Source: Rhizobium sp. (lineage in GTDB: Bacteria; Pseudomonadota; Alphaproteobacteria; Rhizobiales; Rhizobiaceae). Taken from it: a DNA stretch of 64,000 nucleotides. Shown piece by piece: positions 1 through 9,156 of this stretch. A program made the position numbers and the translations under genes. Position 1 is the first letter of the stretch. Every line of letters begins with the position of its first letter. Where the stretch lies: NCBI GenBank assembly GCA_029865825.1, contig JARXAQ010000248.1, positions 4,302 to 68,301 on the forward strand. Direction: 5' to 3'. The notes beneath the pieces are model-generated. The model saw nothing but the letters and a program-made list of their open reading frames with translations. It made no database searches and was not told the origin of the DNA.

Positions 1-603
1 ATCCTGGCGGCTCTTGTGACGGCTCATGGCGATGATCCGTTCGGCCCCCATCTGCTTGGCGGCAAGAACGCCCATCAGACCAACGGCGCCGTCGCCAACG
101 ACGACGGCTGTCGAGCCTTCCGAAACGCGGGCTGCATCGGCGGCATACCAGCCGGTGCCGAGAACGTCCGAGACGGCAAGAAGGCTCGGGATCAGATCCT
201 CATCGGGCATGTGCGGGGTCGCGACCAGTGTTCCGTCGGCGAGCGGGACGCGGGCATAGGGCGCCTGCGCACCGGTCATGAATTCCCGTTGCTCGCAGGA
301 GGACTGGAAACCGAAGCGGCAATGCGGGCAGGTGTTGTCCGAGAGGCAAAACGAGCCGACGACGAATTGGCCGGGTTTGATCGTCTTCACGGCCTCACCA
401 ACCTCGACGACGACACCGCAATATTCATGGCCCATGTTGGCGGGGCCATTCATTGGCTGCAGGCCGCGATAGGGCCAGAGATCGGAGCCGCAGACGCAGG
501 AAGCCGCAAGCTTGATGATGGCATCCGTCGGCTTGAGGATCGTGGGTTCAGCGACCTCTTCGCAGCGGATGTCGCCTTTGCCATGGAGTATGGTGGCCAG
601 CAT
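1..603 (-). CDS. Zinc-dependent alcohol dehydrogenase family protein (3' end runs off the window; absent from the ORF track)
   Basis: Manual translation from ATG at 603: MLATILHGKGDIRCEEV...CVCGSDLWPYRG...GHEYCGVV...DNTCPHCRFGFQSSC, giving the MDR catalytic-Zn (CGSD, GHE) and structural-Zn motifs. Confidence 0.9.
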   Translation of the reverse strand, partial: MLATILHGKGDIRCEEVAEPTILKPTDAIIKLAASCVCGSDLWPYRGLQPMNGPANMGHEYCGVVVEVGEAVKTIKPGQFVVGSFCLSDNTCPHCRFGFQSSCEQREFMTGAQAPYARVPLADGTLVATPHMPDEDLIPSLLAVSDVLGTGWYAADAARVSEGSTAVVVGDGAVGLMGVLAAKQMGAERIIAMSRHKSRQD

Positions 604-627
604 GGGTCTTGTCCTTTCGCCGGGTTG

Positions 628-1077
628 TCAGGAAATACGGGTGATGCGCATCGGATAGGTGCCGCGCGTGAGGATGGGTTCCACACCGCCATCGATGCGT
701 CCGAGGCGAACGAGATCGCGGATCGACGAATAATCCCCGTGATAGAGAACGAGATTACCCCAGGGCACGTAGTAGCAGATGTCGCCAATTGCGGGGTTGG
801 GGAAGGGACCCCGTGCCTCAGGATTGAGCTTGCGCGGAAGGTAGGCAATCTTCTCGTTCGTCGAATAATCCGACACCTCGATGTCGAGTGGCAGCATCGA
901 AGCGAAATCGCGCGCTGACACGTTGTCGTATAATGTGGCGGTAAAATCCTGGTCGCTGAAGCTGAAACGGATCTTCATGAGGTTGCGCTCCTGCGCATGC
1001 GTGGATCGAGCGAGAATGAGGCACAGTGCCCCGGTCACCAGCGGTGTCCTGCGGGTCAGTCGATGATCCCCGTTCAT
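628..1077 (-). CDS. Cyclophilin-like fold protein with RR-type leader
   Basis: C-terminal part of ORF 628..1482: ATLYDNVSARDFASMLPL...NEKIAYLPRKL...GDICYYVPWGNLVLYH. ATG at 1077 overlaps the MFS stop (ATGA). Alternative start at MKIRF with AGGAG. Confidence 0.8.
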   Translation of the reverse strand: MNGDHRLTRRTPLVTGALCLILARSTHAQERNLMKIRFSFSDQDFTATLYDNVSARDFASMLPLDIEVSDYSTNEKIAYLPRKLNPEARGPFPNPAIGDICYYVPWGNLVLYHGDYSSIRDLVRLGRIDGGVEPILTRGTYPMRITRIS

Positions 1078-2312
1078 TTCGCGTTTTCCCGGTTGGAGCG
1101 CGCGGCCCAGGCGGCAAGCGAAGAGCCGACGAGCAGCAGTCCCGCGAAGAGATATGAACTCCACCAGCCAACATGATCGAACAGCAGGCCGCCGAGTGCC
1201 GCACCGAGCGTGATGGCGAACTGGATGACGGCAACCTGCAGGCCGCCACCGGCTTCGGCATCGTCGCTCAAGACCTGGGAAAGCCATGTGCCCCAGGCAA
1301 CGGGTGCGGCCGTACCGACGAAGCCCCAGGCCCCAAGGAGAAGCGTCACGGCAAGCTGCGAGCTTGAGGCAAAGACGAGCCCGGCTGCAAGCAATGCCAT
1401 CGTTATCGGCATGCCGATCGCCAGCGCATAGAGCCATTGCGGTAGCAGCCGGCTGATGGCCCACGTGCCGGCGATGCCACACAGTCCCATCAACAACATC
1501 ACAAGAGAGAGCAAGGTCACGTCAAACCCCGAGACGCTCTCCATGTAGGGCCGCAGATAGGTGAAGAGCGCGAACTGGCCCATGAACAGCAAAAGGATGG
1601 CCGTCATGCCGAGCGCGACCTGGCGGCGAGCCAGCAGATGGAAGACGTTGGCCGTGGGCTTCTCTTTCTTTGCCGGTAGATCGGGCATGGTCAGCCATTG
1701 CCAGGCGAGCGCCACCAGCGCCAGCGGCACAACGAGGAAGAAGGCACCCCGCCAGCCGATCAATTCGCCGAGAAAGCTGCCAAGCGGCGCGGAAATGGTG
1801 GCGGCGATCGCGTTGCCCGCGTTCAGCGCCGCCAGTCCCTTCGGCACCTGATCAGAAGGCAGAAGCCGCATGACGATGGCCGTCGACATGGACCAGAAAC
1901 CGCCGATGGCAATGCCGAGCAGTGCCCGCCCTGCCATGAGGATCCAGTAAGTCGGGGCGAAGGTCACCACCAGAGCCGAGAAAACCAGCACCACGGAAAA
2001 CCAGGTGAGCACCGTCTTGCGGTCGAGACCCGCCGCCAGTCGGGCAATGAACAGGCTGGTGACGACGGCGAAGAATCCGGAAATGGAAATGACCTGCCCT
2101 GCCTGTCCTTCGAGCATGCTGAGGTCCCGGGCGATCGGGGTCAGCAGGCTGACGGGCATGAATTCCGAGGCGATGAGAACGGAAACTGTGAGCGCCATGG
2201 AGCCCACGGCACCCCAGGCTGTAATGGGCGCAGCTGAGGGCTGAGGTGCCGCATCGAAAGTAGCGAGATCATCGCTGATCTGGTCGGACCGTATGAGAGT
2301 GTGTTGTGTCAT
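1074..2312 (-). CDS. MFS transporter (DHA1/NepI-like)
   Basis: About 12 hydrophobic segments; SEFMPVSLLTPIA, GRALLGIAIGGFWS, GWRGAF motifs. Confidence 0.9.
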   Translation of the reverse strand: MTQHTLIRSDQISDDLATFDAAPQPSAAPITAWGAVGSMALTVSVLIASEFMPVSLLTPIARDLSMLEGQAGQVISISGFFAVVTSLFIARLAAGLDRKTVLTWFSVVLVFSALVVTFAPTYWILMAGRALLGIAIGGFWSMSTAIVMRLLPSDQVPKGLAALNAGNAIAATISAPLGSFLGELIGWRGAFFLVVPLALVALAWQWLTMPDLPAKKEKPTANVFHLLARRQVALGMTAILLLFMGQFALFTYLRPYMESVSGFDVTLLSLVMLLMGLCGIAGTWAISRLLPQWLYALAIGMPITMALLAAGLVFASSSQLAVTLLLGAWGFVGTAAPVAWGTWLSQVLSDDAEAGGGLQVAVIQFAITLGAALGGLLFDHVGWWSSYLFAGLLLVGSSLAAWAARSNRENAK

Positions 2313-2344
2313 GACACCCCCTATACGCCAGGGGTACTGTGACG

Positions 2345-2390
2345 ATTAGCCGGTGCAATCCGCTTGGACTTATCGACACACGACATCAAT
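2345..2390 (-). promoter_or_regulatory. Putative LysR binding site, copy 1 (shared with 7097-7142)
   Basis: ATTAGcCGGtG..CgCTTgGAcTTATCGAC..CATcAAT aligns without gaps to 7097-7142. Confidence 0.7.
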
Positions 2391-3747
2391 CGCTTGTGCT
2401 TGTCTGGCCGGGGCAGAAGACCTCCACCGGCGTATGCAGGTTGCGGATTTTAAAAGTGCCCATGGGGGTCAGAGGAAGGGCACGGCTGATCTGCTTTGCA
2501 GTCGCTCCGCTGATCAGACAGGATGTGCCGGTTTCCTTGTTCAGTTCCTGCAATCTCTGAGCAAGATTAACCGCTTCGCCATAGAGCGTGTAGGTCTGGC
2601 GTGCGCCGGCGCCGACTGTACCGGCTGCGATCAGTCCCGTTGCAATGCCAATCCGCAGACGGATCTGTTTCCCATCGAATAGTCGTTGCTCGACTAATGC
2701 CAGAATGTCCTGCGCTGCCAGTATCGCCGAATCCGTATGATTTTCCTTCGACAGAGGCGCATTGAACGAAATCAGCAATGCATCCCCAAGGTAGTTGATG
2801 ACCACGCCGCCGTGCTGGTCGATGATCTCTGTGACCGCACTGAAAAACGCGTTCAGCAAATGCACGAGGGTGGTCGGGTGCAGACCCTCGGAGAGCTGAG
2901 TGAAGCCGGCGATATCCGCAAACATCAGGGTAGCGTCACGCGACTGGGGGGCCAAATGGCCGTCATCGAGCAGTTCGCGCAGGATCGGTGCAGGCACGTA
3001 TCGGCCGAAAAGGCTCTGCACGCGGTGTCGTCCGGCTTCCGCCTTTGCATGGTCACTGACCACCCGCCGGGCGCGATGAACGGCCAATGCCGCGATCGCC
3101 GTCACCAGTGCCAGGATGAGCGCCTCCTGGAGACGCGACGCGATGCCTATGAAGTTGGGGTCGAGGACTGTCTGAATGTAGATGTCCGGTGATGGGGAAA
3201 TCGGCAGATCGCTGTAGCTGACCACCGTGTCCATGCCCGACAGGATCCACCCGGTGGCAAGAAGCAATCCACTGGCCGCCCATGTCCCCGTCCACAGCAC
3301 CAGTGGCGGCGAGAGCGTCAAAACCGCTGCAGCAATGACGATATAGTAGTGTTGGACGGAACTGGTGAGAAATACCAGGTTTTGAGGTACGTCACCGCCG
3401 CTGCTGAGCGGGACGAAGGCCAGAAGGATGGTGACCGCTGTCGTATCGAAGGCAAAGACGGCGTAGCGAGCATGGCGCTCGTAGCGCGTGCCGACGGCAG
3501 CCAGCGATGTGAGACCGCCCAAAGCGATGAGGGATGTAATCGCAGCAATGCCAACATTGATGGGGAAATAGTAACTGAGCAGATAGGCGACAGCGATCAG
3601 CATCACGGCGACCGTTCGGCCTAGCATTGCAATCCGGAAACCCTTTCGCTCCGCGTTGGATAACGCAGTCGCTATGGTATCGGATGGTTGTGCAAGCCTG
3701 CCATCAATAGCCAAATTCGCTCCTCTCGCGACACTCGTGGGCAACAT
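2386..3747 (-). CDS. Membrane-bound class III adenylate/guanylate cyclase
   Basis: N-terminal TM helices; FADIAGFT, YLGDA, RIGIATG, GEAVNLAQRLQ. True start may be TTG at 3714 (AGAGGAG upstream). Confidence 0.88.
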   Translation of the reverse strand: MLPTSVARGANLAIDGRLAQPSDTIATALSNAERKGFRIAMLGRTVAVMLIAVAYLLSYYFPINVGIAAITSLIALGGLTSLAAVGTRYERHARYAVFAFDTTAVTILLAFVPLSSGGDVPQNLVFLTSSVQHYYIVIAAAVLTLSPPLVLWTGTWAASGLLLATGWILSGMDTVVSYSDLPISPSPDIYIQTVLDPNFIGIASRLQEALILALVTAIAALAVHRARRVVSDHAKAEAGRHRVQSLFGRYVPAPILRELLDDGHLAPQSRDATLMFADIAGFTQLSEGLHPTTLVHLLNAFFSAVTEIIDQHGGVVINYLGDALLISFNAPLSKENHTDSAILAAQDILALVEQRLFDGKQIRLRIGIATGLIAAGTVGAGARQTYTLYGEAVNLAQRLQELNKETGTSCLISGATAKQISRALPLTPMGTFKIRNLHTPVEVFCPGQTSTSD

Positions 3748-3929
3748 TGTCGGGGACGACCAACGTTGCCCACATCATTCCGGGTACGATCTCGTCTGCC
3801 GCTCAGAACACAGGTTGATGGCGAGCCTTTGTCTTGCTTCCACGTTGGCGGAGCAGACATGCGGCCCGGCTGATAGGTTGCGAGGTCATTGGTTTGACCG
3901 CCGCACCTGCATCTGCCGGACCGTTGCGC

Positions 3930-4301
3930 TCAGCGCGTTGCGAGGAAGTCGATGATGGCCTGGCGTTCGTCTGCCTTCGCGAAGCGCTGGGTCATCCGCG
4001 TTCCCTTCACCAATCCGCCGGGATTGGTGAGGAACGTGTCGAGCTGCGCCGCATCCCAGGTGATGCCCGAGCCCTGCATCGCAGTGGAATAGCGGAAGCC
4101 GTCCACGCTTCCGGCTGACCTGCCGACAACGCCTTGCAGATGCGGACCGACGCCGTTGCGCGTGCTGTCGATCTGGTGACAGGCGCCGCAGCGTTGCTGG
4201 AATAGCTTCTGTCCCGCTGCCGTATCCTGGGCATGGGCTTGCAGGGCCATGAGGACGGTAGCGATCCCCGCGGCTGCGATCTTCTCAAGAGTATGCATCA
4301 T
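3930..4301 (-). CDS. Periplasmic cytochrome c (c2-like)
   Basis: Signal peptide (AHA), CGACH heme motif, GPHLQGVVGR, GTRM axial Met. Confidence 0.92.
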   Translation of the reverse strand: MMHTLEKIAAAGIATVLMALQAHAQDTAAGQKLFQQRCGACHQIDSTRNGVGPHLQGVVGRSAGSVDGFRYSTAMQGSGITWDAAQLDTFLTNPGGLVKGTRMTQRFAKADERQAIIDFLATR

Positions 4302-6544
4302 CAGCCCTGCTTCTCCTGGAATGTCATCTTGGAGAGAGGCAGGCTGCGCGGCCGTTCAGTCGCAAGGACGGCGACAGCATTGGCGATGGCGGGGGGCACG
4401 CCCGGCAAACCCGGTTCGCCGATGCCGCCGATCGGGGCGCCACTCTCGATGATGCGGACATGGACCCTCGGCATACGGTCAGGCGTCAGGATCTGATAGC
4501 CGTCGTAGTTGCGGGCCTGGGGAAGACCGTCGACATAGACGACTTCTTCCAGAAGCGCCGAGGAAACGCCGAGTGCGACGGCCGAGTTGACCTGATGCTC
4601 GATCACGCGCGGGTTGACCACGGTGCCGGGGTCGATTGCGACCCAGACGTCGTGCACCACGACCTGACCACCCGAGAGCGAGACTTCCGCGATCGTCGCC
4701 ACTTCGCTGCCGAAGGGCGACGCCATGGCGACGCCCCGGGCGCGACGGGTTCCATCCTCTGCCGCAAAAGGACCCCGCTTCCAGCCGCCGGAAAGTTCGG
4801 CCACTGCCTGCAGGAGTGTGTGATGGCGCGGGCTGTTCTTCAGAAGCGCAAGGCGGAGTTCATAGGGATCCTTGGTGCCGGCGTCCGCGATCTCGTCGAA
4901 GAAGGTCTCCGAGAAGAAGTCGTTCATCGAGTGGCCGACCGAGCGCCAGAAGCCGATGATCGCGGGATCGTCGACATGGATCTGGGCGATCCGCTTGTTG
5001 GGGATCGCATAGACCTTGCCGGCAATGCCTTCCACCGCCGAACTGTCGACCTTGTCGGGCTGGCGGCCATACCAGCGTCCCGTCGCACCTTCGCCCACGG
5101 CCACAGCCGAAAACGCCGTCGGATTTCCGTCCTGGTCGAGACCCGCACGGAAGCGGACCGCGGCCATGGGCCGGAATGTGTCGCGCAGGAACTCCTCTTC
5201 ACGGCTCCAGACGAGCTTGATCGGGCGACCGACCGCCTTCGAAAGCAAGATAGCCTGCGGATAGGGATTGGCGCTCTGGTAGAGGAAGTGGCGACCGAAG
5301 AAACCACCCAGCATCGGCGAGTGGATGATGACCTTCTCCGGCGCAATGCCGGCAACCTTGGCGGCATCGCCCTGGAACATCTCCGGCGCCTGGTTCGGGA
5401 TCCAGAGTTCGAGCGTGCCGTCCTCATTCCAGCGCGCGACGGCCGAGGGCGGCTCCAACTGACCATGGGCAAGATGCGGCGCGTCATAGGTCGCTTCAAC
5501 AACCTTGGCAGCGGAGGTGAGGGCAGCAGCAGTGTCCCCTTCTTCCTCGAAGGTCACGCCGTCACCGGTCGTCGCCTTGAGCTTTTCCATATGCCCCATG
5601 CTGGAGAAATCCGCGGGCATCGCGTGGGGCGTTCCGGCTGCTGCTTCAGTCCACGAGACCTGCAGCGCTTCGACAGCCATGCGCGCACGCCACCAGCTGT
5701 CGGCGACCACAGCCACGGCACCGGGAAGCGAATGGATGGAATGCACGCCCGTCCGCGCCTTGATCTCAGCCTCGTTTGCAAGCGCGCCCGGTTGCTGGCC
5801 CAGCCGCGGGCTGTGCTGCACGGCCGCGAAGAGCATGCCGTCGACTTTGGTGTCGATCGCATACTGGGCCTTGCCCGTCGACTTCGCCCGGACGTCCAGC
5901 CGTTCGACCGGCTTTCCGATCCAGCGGAAATCCTTGGATTCGCGCAATGTTACCGTTTCCGGGACGGGAAGACCTGCGGCGGCCTCGGCGATCTCGCCAT
6001 AGGTGAGGCTCCGACCCGACGCGGCATGCAGCACGCGACCTGGCTCGGTCGAAAGCTCTGCAATCGGCACGGACAGTCTCTCGGCTGCGGCCTGCAGGAG
6101 CATGCCCCGCGCAGACGCGCCAAGCTTGCGCATGATGTCGTAGCTCGAGCGGACCGAAAAACTGCCGCCCGTGAAACGGAAGCCACCGACCAAGCCGTAA
6201 TCAGGTCCCGGAGGTGCCGCCTCGACGACGAAATTGGCGGGATCGACGTCGAGTTCCTCGCCGACGATCTGGGCCATGGCGGTGAAGATACCCTGACCGC
6301 CTTCGATGAAGGCGCTGCGGAAGAACACCGTGCTGTCGGGGCGGATCTCGATAAAGACCGGGACGCGGGTCCCGGGAGCGACGGTAGCGGCCGCCTGAGC
6401 CAATGCCGGGCGGATCGCGCCGGGTACGGTCACGCCGAGAACGAGGGCGCCGGCGACCGTGCCGAGGAAGCCGCGACGCGAGATTTTGAAGGGCTTGCCA
6501 TCGCCGGGCGTGTTGGCGGGTGTGTCGATCTGAATCTGGTTCAT
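4301..6544 (-). CDS. Xanthine dehydrogenase-family molybdopterin subunit (isoquinoline 1-oxidoreductase beta-like), Tat-exported
   Basis: SRRGFL Tat motif; EGGQG, TGGSFS, LGGFFGR, WRSVGHS, GGIGEPG. Confidence 0.92.
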   Translation of the reverse strand: MNQIQIDTPANTPGDGKPFKISRRGFLGTVAGALVLGVTVPGAIRPALAQAAATVAPGTRVPVFIEIRPDSTVFFRSAFIEGGQGIFTAMAQIVGEELDVDPANFVVEAAPPGPDYGLVGGFRFTGGSFSVRSSYDIMRKLGASARGMLLQAAAERLSVPIAELSTEPGRVLHAASGRSLTYGEIAEAAAGLPVPETVTLRESKDFRWIGKPVERLDVRAKSTGKAQYAIDTKVDGMLFAAVQHSPRLGQQPGALANEAEIKARTGVHSIHSLPGAVAVVADSWWRARMAVEALQVSWTEAAAGTPHAMPADFSSMGHMEKLKATTGDGVTFEEEGDTAAALTSAAKVVEATYDAPHLAHGQLEPPSAVARWNEDGTLELWIPNQAPEMFQGDAAKVAGIAPEKVIIHSPMLGGFFGRHFLYQSANPYPQAILLSKAVGRPIKLVWSREEEFLRDTFRPMAAVRFRAGLDQDGNPTAFSAVAVGEGATGRWYGRQPDKVDSSAVEGIAGKVYAIPNKRIAQIHVDDPAIIGFWRSVGHSMNDFFSETFFDEIADAGTKDPYELRLALLKNSPRHHTLLQAVAELSGGWKRGPFAAEDGTRRARGVAMASPFGSEVATIAEVSLSGGQVVVHDVWVAIDPGTVVNPRVIEHQVNSAVALGVSSALLEEVVYVDGLPQARNYDGYQILTPDRMPRVHVRIIESGAPIGGIGEPGLPGVPPAIANAVAVLATERPRSLPLSKMTFQEKQG

Positions 6545-6558
6545 CGTGATCCCTCCGA

Positions 6559-7005
6559 TCAAGCCTGGGCTGCTTCGCGCACGGCGGCAGCGATCGCGTT
6601 ATACGTTCCACAGCGACAGAGATTGACCATGGCGGCGGCAATGTCCTCGTCCGTCGGCTGAGGTGTCTCTTTCAGCAGTGCGGTTGCGGCCATGACCTGG
6701 CCGGACTGGCAGTAACCGCATTGCGGCACCTGATTGGCCACCCAGGCCTCAACCACCTTCTGGCCGACCGGATCCTCTGTAATGGCCTCGATCGTGGTGA
6801 TCTGCGTGCCGACCACCGTGTCGATCGTCGTGACGCAGGAGCGGGTCGGCTGCCCGTCGACAAGCACCGTGCAGGCGCCGCATTGCGCGAGGCCGCAACC
6901 ATATTTGGTGCCGGTCATCCCGAGCGTATCGCGCAGCACCCAGAGCAAGGGGGTGTCGGCTTCGACATCGACCTGCTGCTGTGTTCCGTTGATGGTGAGT
7001 TCCAT
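6559..7005 (-). CDS. (2Fe-2S)-binding subunit (IorA-like)
   Basis: GTKYGCGLAQCGACTV, QCGYCQSG, NLCRCGTY. Confidence 0.94.
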   Translation of the reverse strand: MELTINGTQQQVDVEADTPLLWVLRDTLGMTGTKYGCGLAQCGACTVLVDGQPTRSCVTTIDTVVGTQITTIEAITEDPVGQKVVEAWVANQVPQCGYCQSGQVMAATALLKETPQPTDEDIAAAMVNLCRCGTYNAIAAAVREAAQA

Positions 7006-7096
7006 GGCGTGGTCCTTCGATCGGTTCGAGGGAGAAGGGGCAAGAGCAGTCTGCGGACTATTCCATTGCACACACTATCAAGCGCTTTTGATATGC

Positions 7097-7142
7097 ATTA
7101 GTCGGCGTCGGTCACTTAGATTTATCGACGACGACCATAAAT
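7097..7142. promoter_or_regulatory. Putative LysR binding site, copy 2, in the divergent promoter
   Basis: Contains the ATTTAT-N11-ATAAAT dyad; aligns with 2345-2390. Confidence 0.7.
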
Positions 7143-7162
7143 GACGAAAACGAGGGTGCTTG

Positions 7163-8053
7163 ATGGCCAGGGAAGACTTCAACGACCTGCTCTGGTTCTT
7201 GGCGCTGGCGGAAGACCGCAGTTTCACTAAAGCCGCCGCCAAGCTTGGGATCACGCAGTCGACACTGAGCCACACGATCAAGCGCCTTGAGACGCGTCTT
7301 GGCCTGCGCCTGCTCACCCGCACCACGCGCAGCGTTTCGCTGACAGAGGCTGGAGAGCGGCTTTTCAGTGCGCTGCTGCCAAACATCACAGCGATCCGTG
7401 GCGAACTGGAGGCACTCTCGGACCTGCGCGACAAACCGGCCGGAACCGTACGCATCACGCTATCGGATCACGCGCTCGAAACAGTGGTCTGGCCGAAACT
7501 GCAGGCGATCCTGAAAAACTACCCCGATATCAGGGTCGAGCTCAGTCGCGACAACGGTCTGCGCAACATCGTCGAAGACGGGTTCGACGCCGGCGTGCGG
7601 CTGGGTGAGAGCATCGAAAAGGACATGATCGCCGTGCGGATCGGCCCGGACTGGCGCATGCTGGTGGTGGCTTCGCCAGCATATCTCGCCGACAGGCCGA
7701 TGCCTCAGCACCCCCAGGATCTGGTCGGCCACAACTGCATCAATATGCGCCAGGCGACCGGAGGCGGGCTCTATCCCTGGGAGTTCGAGAAGGACGGGCA
7801 GGACCTGCGCGTGCGGGTTTCCGGTCAGCTCACGTTCAACTCATCCTATCCTATGGTCGGGGCGGCCGTTGAAGGTCTCGGTGTCGCCTGTGTCCCGGAT
7901 GACCTGGTCGCAGCTGAGCTTGCATCAGGCACGCTCGTCGCGCTTCTCGAAGATTGGACGCCACCTTTTCCGGGCTACTACCTGTATTACCCGAGCCGTC
8001 ATCAAAACGCGCCCGCCTTCCGGGTGATTGTCGATGCATTGAAACAGAAGTAG
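7163..8053 (+). CDS. LysR family regulator (CrgA/PgrR-like)
   Basis: SFTKAAAKLGITQSTLSHTIKRLE HTH; FDAGVRLGE; YYLYYPSR. Confidence 0.95.
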   Translation: MAREDFNDLLWFLALAEDRSFTKAAAKLGITQSTLSHTIKRLETRLGLRLLTRTTRSVSLTEAGERLFSALLPNITAIRGELEALSDLRDKPAGTVRITLSDHALETVVWPKLQAILKNYPDIRVELSRDNGLRNIVEDGFDAGVRLGESIEKDMIAVRIGPDWRMLVVASPAYLADRPMPQHPQDLVGHNCINMRQATGGGLYPWEFEKDGQDLRVRVSGQLTFNSSYPMVGAAVEGLGVACVPDDLVAAELASGTLVALLEDWTPPFPGYYLYYPSRHQNAPAFRVIVDALKQK

Positions 8054-8490
8054 CAGCGCGAGCCAGTATCGAGAAGGCGATCACAGGCGCACAGAACACC
8101 GAATAAGGGAGTGCACCAATCAGCGGCCGATCATCAGGAGACCCTGGAGGTGGCGGGCATTAATCTTCAGGAATTCGGTCATGACAGATTGCTTCATCCA
8201 TGGGCGCATTCTGATTGGCGCATGGACCCGTCGATTGGCGACGAAGAAATCGTCACAGGGCACGACCTGGTGACGTCATGTGCGGGAAGCATCTGGCCCG
8301 CGACGACGACGCCGGTCCAGGCGCATATGGATAGCAAGGCTTCGACACGAGCCGCCATAAGTGTCATCGAAACTTCCGCCCATCACTCCATGCCGCGACC
8401 GGCCCCAAGATGGAAGGCCAAGGCATTTGCGTCTGCTGCAGGCAACAGCCCGAGAGGCGACCGGGCCGCGCTTCCGGCTCGCGGAACGCG

Positions 8491-8515
8491 GGAACCATTG
8501 AGAGACTGAAAGGTT
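8491..8515 (+). promoter_or_regulatory. EcfG/RpoE2 (general stress sigma) promoter
   Basis: GGAAC-N16-GGTT, 40 bp upstream of the ferritin-like gene. Confidence 0.7.
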
Positions 8516-8554
8516 GGGCACCTGAATTTCACAAAAATTTGGATGGATTCCCCA

Positions 8555-9058
8555 ATGGCGACCGAAAAGACTTTGTCAGACCTGTTCCTCGATACGCTCA
8601 AGGACATTTACTTTGCCGAAAAGCAGATACTGAAGGCCCTTCCGAAGATGGCGCGGGCGGCACAGTCGGAAGAGGGCAAGGCCGGCTTCCTGCAGCACCG
8701 TGAGGAAACTGAGGGCCAGATCGAGCGTCTGGAGCAGGTGTTCGAATTGCTGGGCAAGCCGGCGCGCGGCAAGTCATGCGAAGCCATCCAGGGCATCCTC
8801 GCCGAAGGCGAAGAGATCATGGAGGAATACAAGGGCACCGCGGCCCTCGATGCTGGCCTTATCTCCTCTGCACAGGCTGTCGAGCATTATGAAATCGCCC
8901 GTTACGGTACCCTCAAGTCCTGGGCGAAGCAGCTCGGCCTCAAGGAGGCGATCCCGTTGCTGGATGCCAACCTCCAGGAAGAGATTGCCACCGACCAGAA
9001 GCTGACGGCTCTGGGCGAGGCGTCAGCCAATACCAAGGGCATGAAGAAGGCCAGCTAA
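8555..9058 (+). CDS. Ferritin-like DUF892 (YciE/YciF) protein
   Basis: [47 protein letters not shown]. Confidence 0.93.
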   Translation: MATEKTLSDLFLDTLKDIYFAEKQILKALPKMARAAQSEEGKAGFLQHREETEGQIERLEQVFELLGKPARGKSCEAIQGILAEGEEIMEEYKGTAALDAGLISSAQAVEHYEIARYGTLKSWAKQLGLKEAIPLLDANLQEEIATDQKLTALGEASANTKGMKKAS

Positions 9059-9078
9059 GCCGGCTCCCATTTCTGCGT

Positions 9079-9110
9079 GGCCGCCCGTTTGGGGCGGTCC
9101 TTTGCTTTTC
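9079..9110 (+). terminator. Rho-independent terminator-like hairpin between the DUF892 gene and katE
   Basis: GGCCGCCC-loop-GGGCGGTC followed by a T-rich tract. Confidence 0.55.
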
Positions 9111-9156
9111 AAGCAGCATCCTCACCACATCAGAGCACGTGCTCCAGGAGTTCTTC

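Noticed and set aside
16-918. Long + strand ORF, and similar long antisense ORFs such as 4460..6661, 9169..10596, 20280..21620, 50920..52464 and 52475..54010
   Set aside because: Shadow frames of motif-supported genes on the opposite strand, typical of high-GC DNA; no recognisable motifs
8054-8490. Small ORFs and a CGTCAC/GTGACG hairpin in the intergenic gap
   Set aside because: No SD, motif or family resemblance I can support
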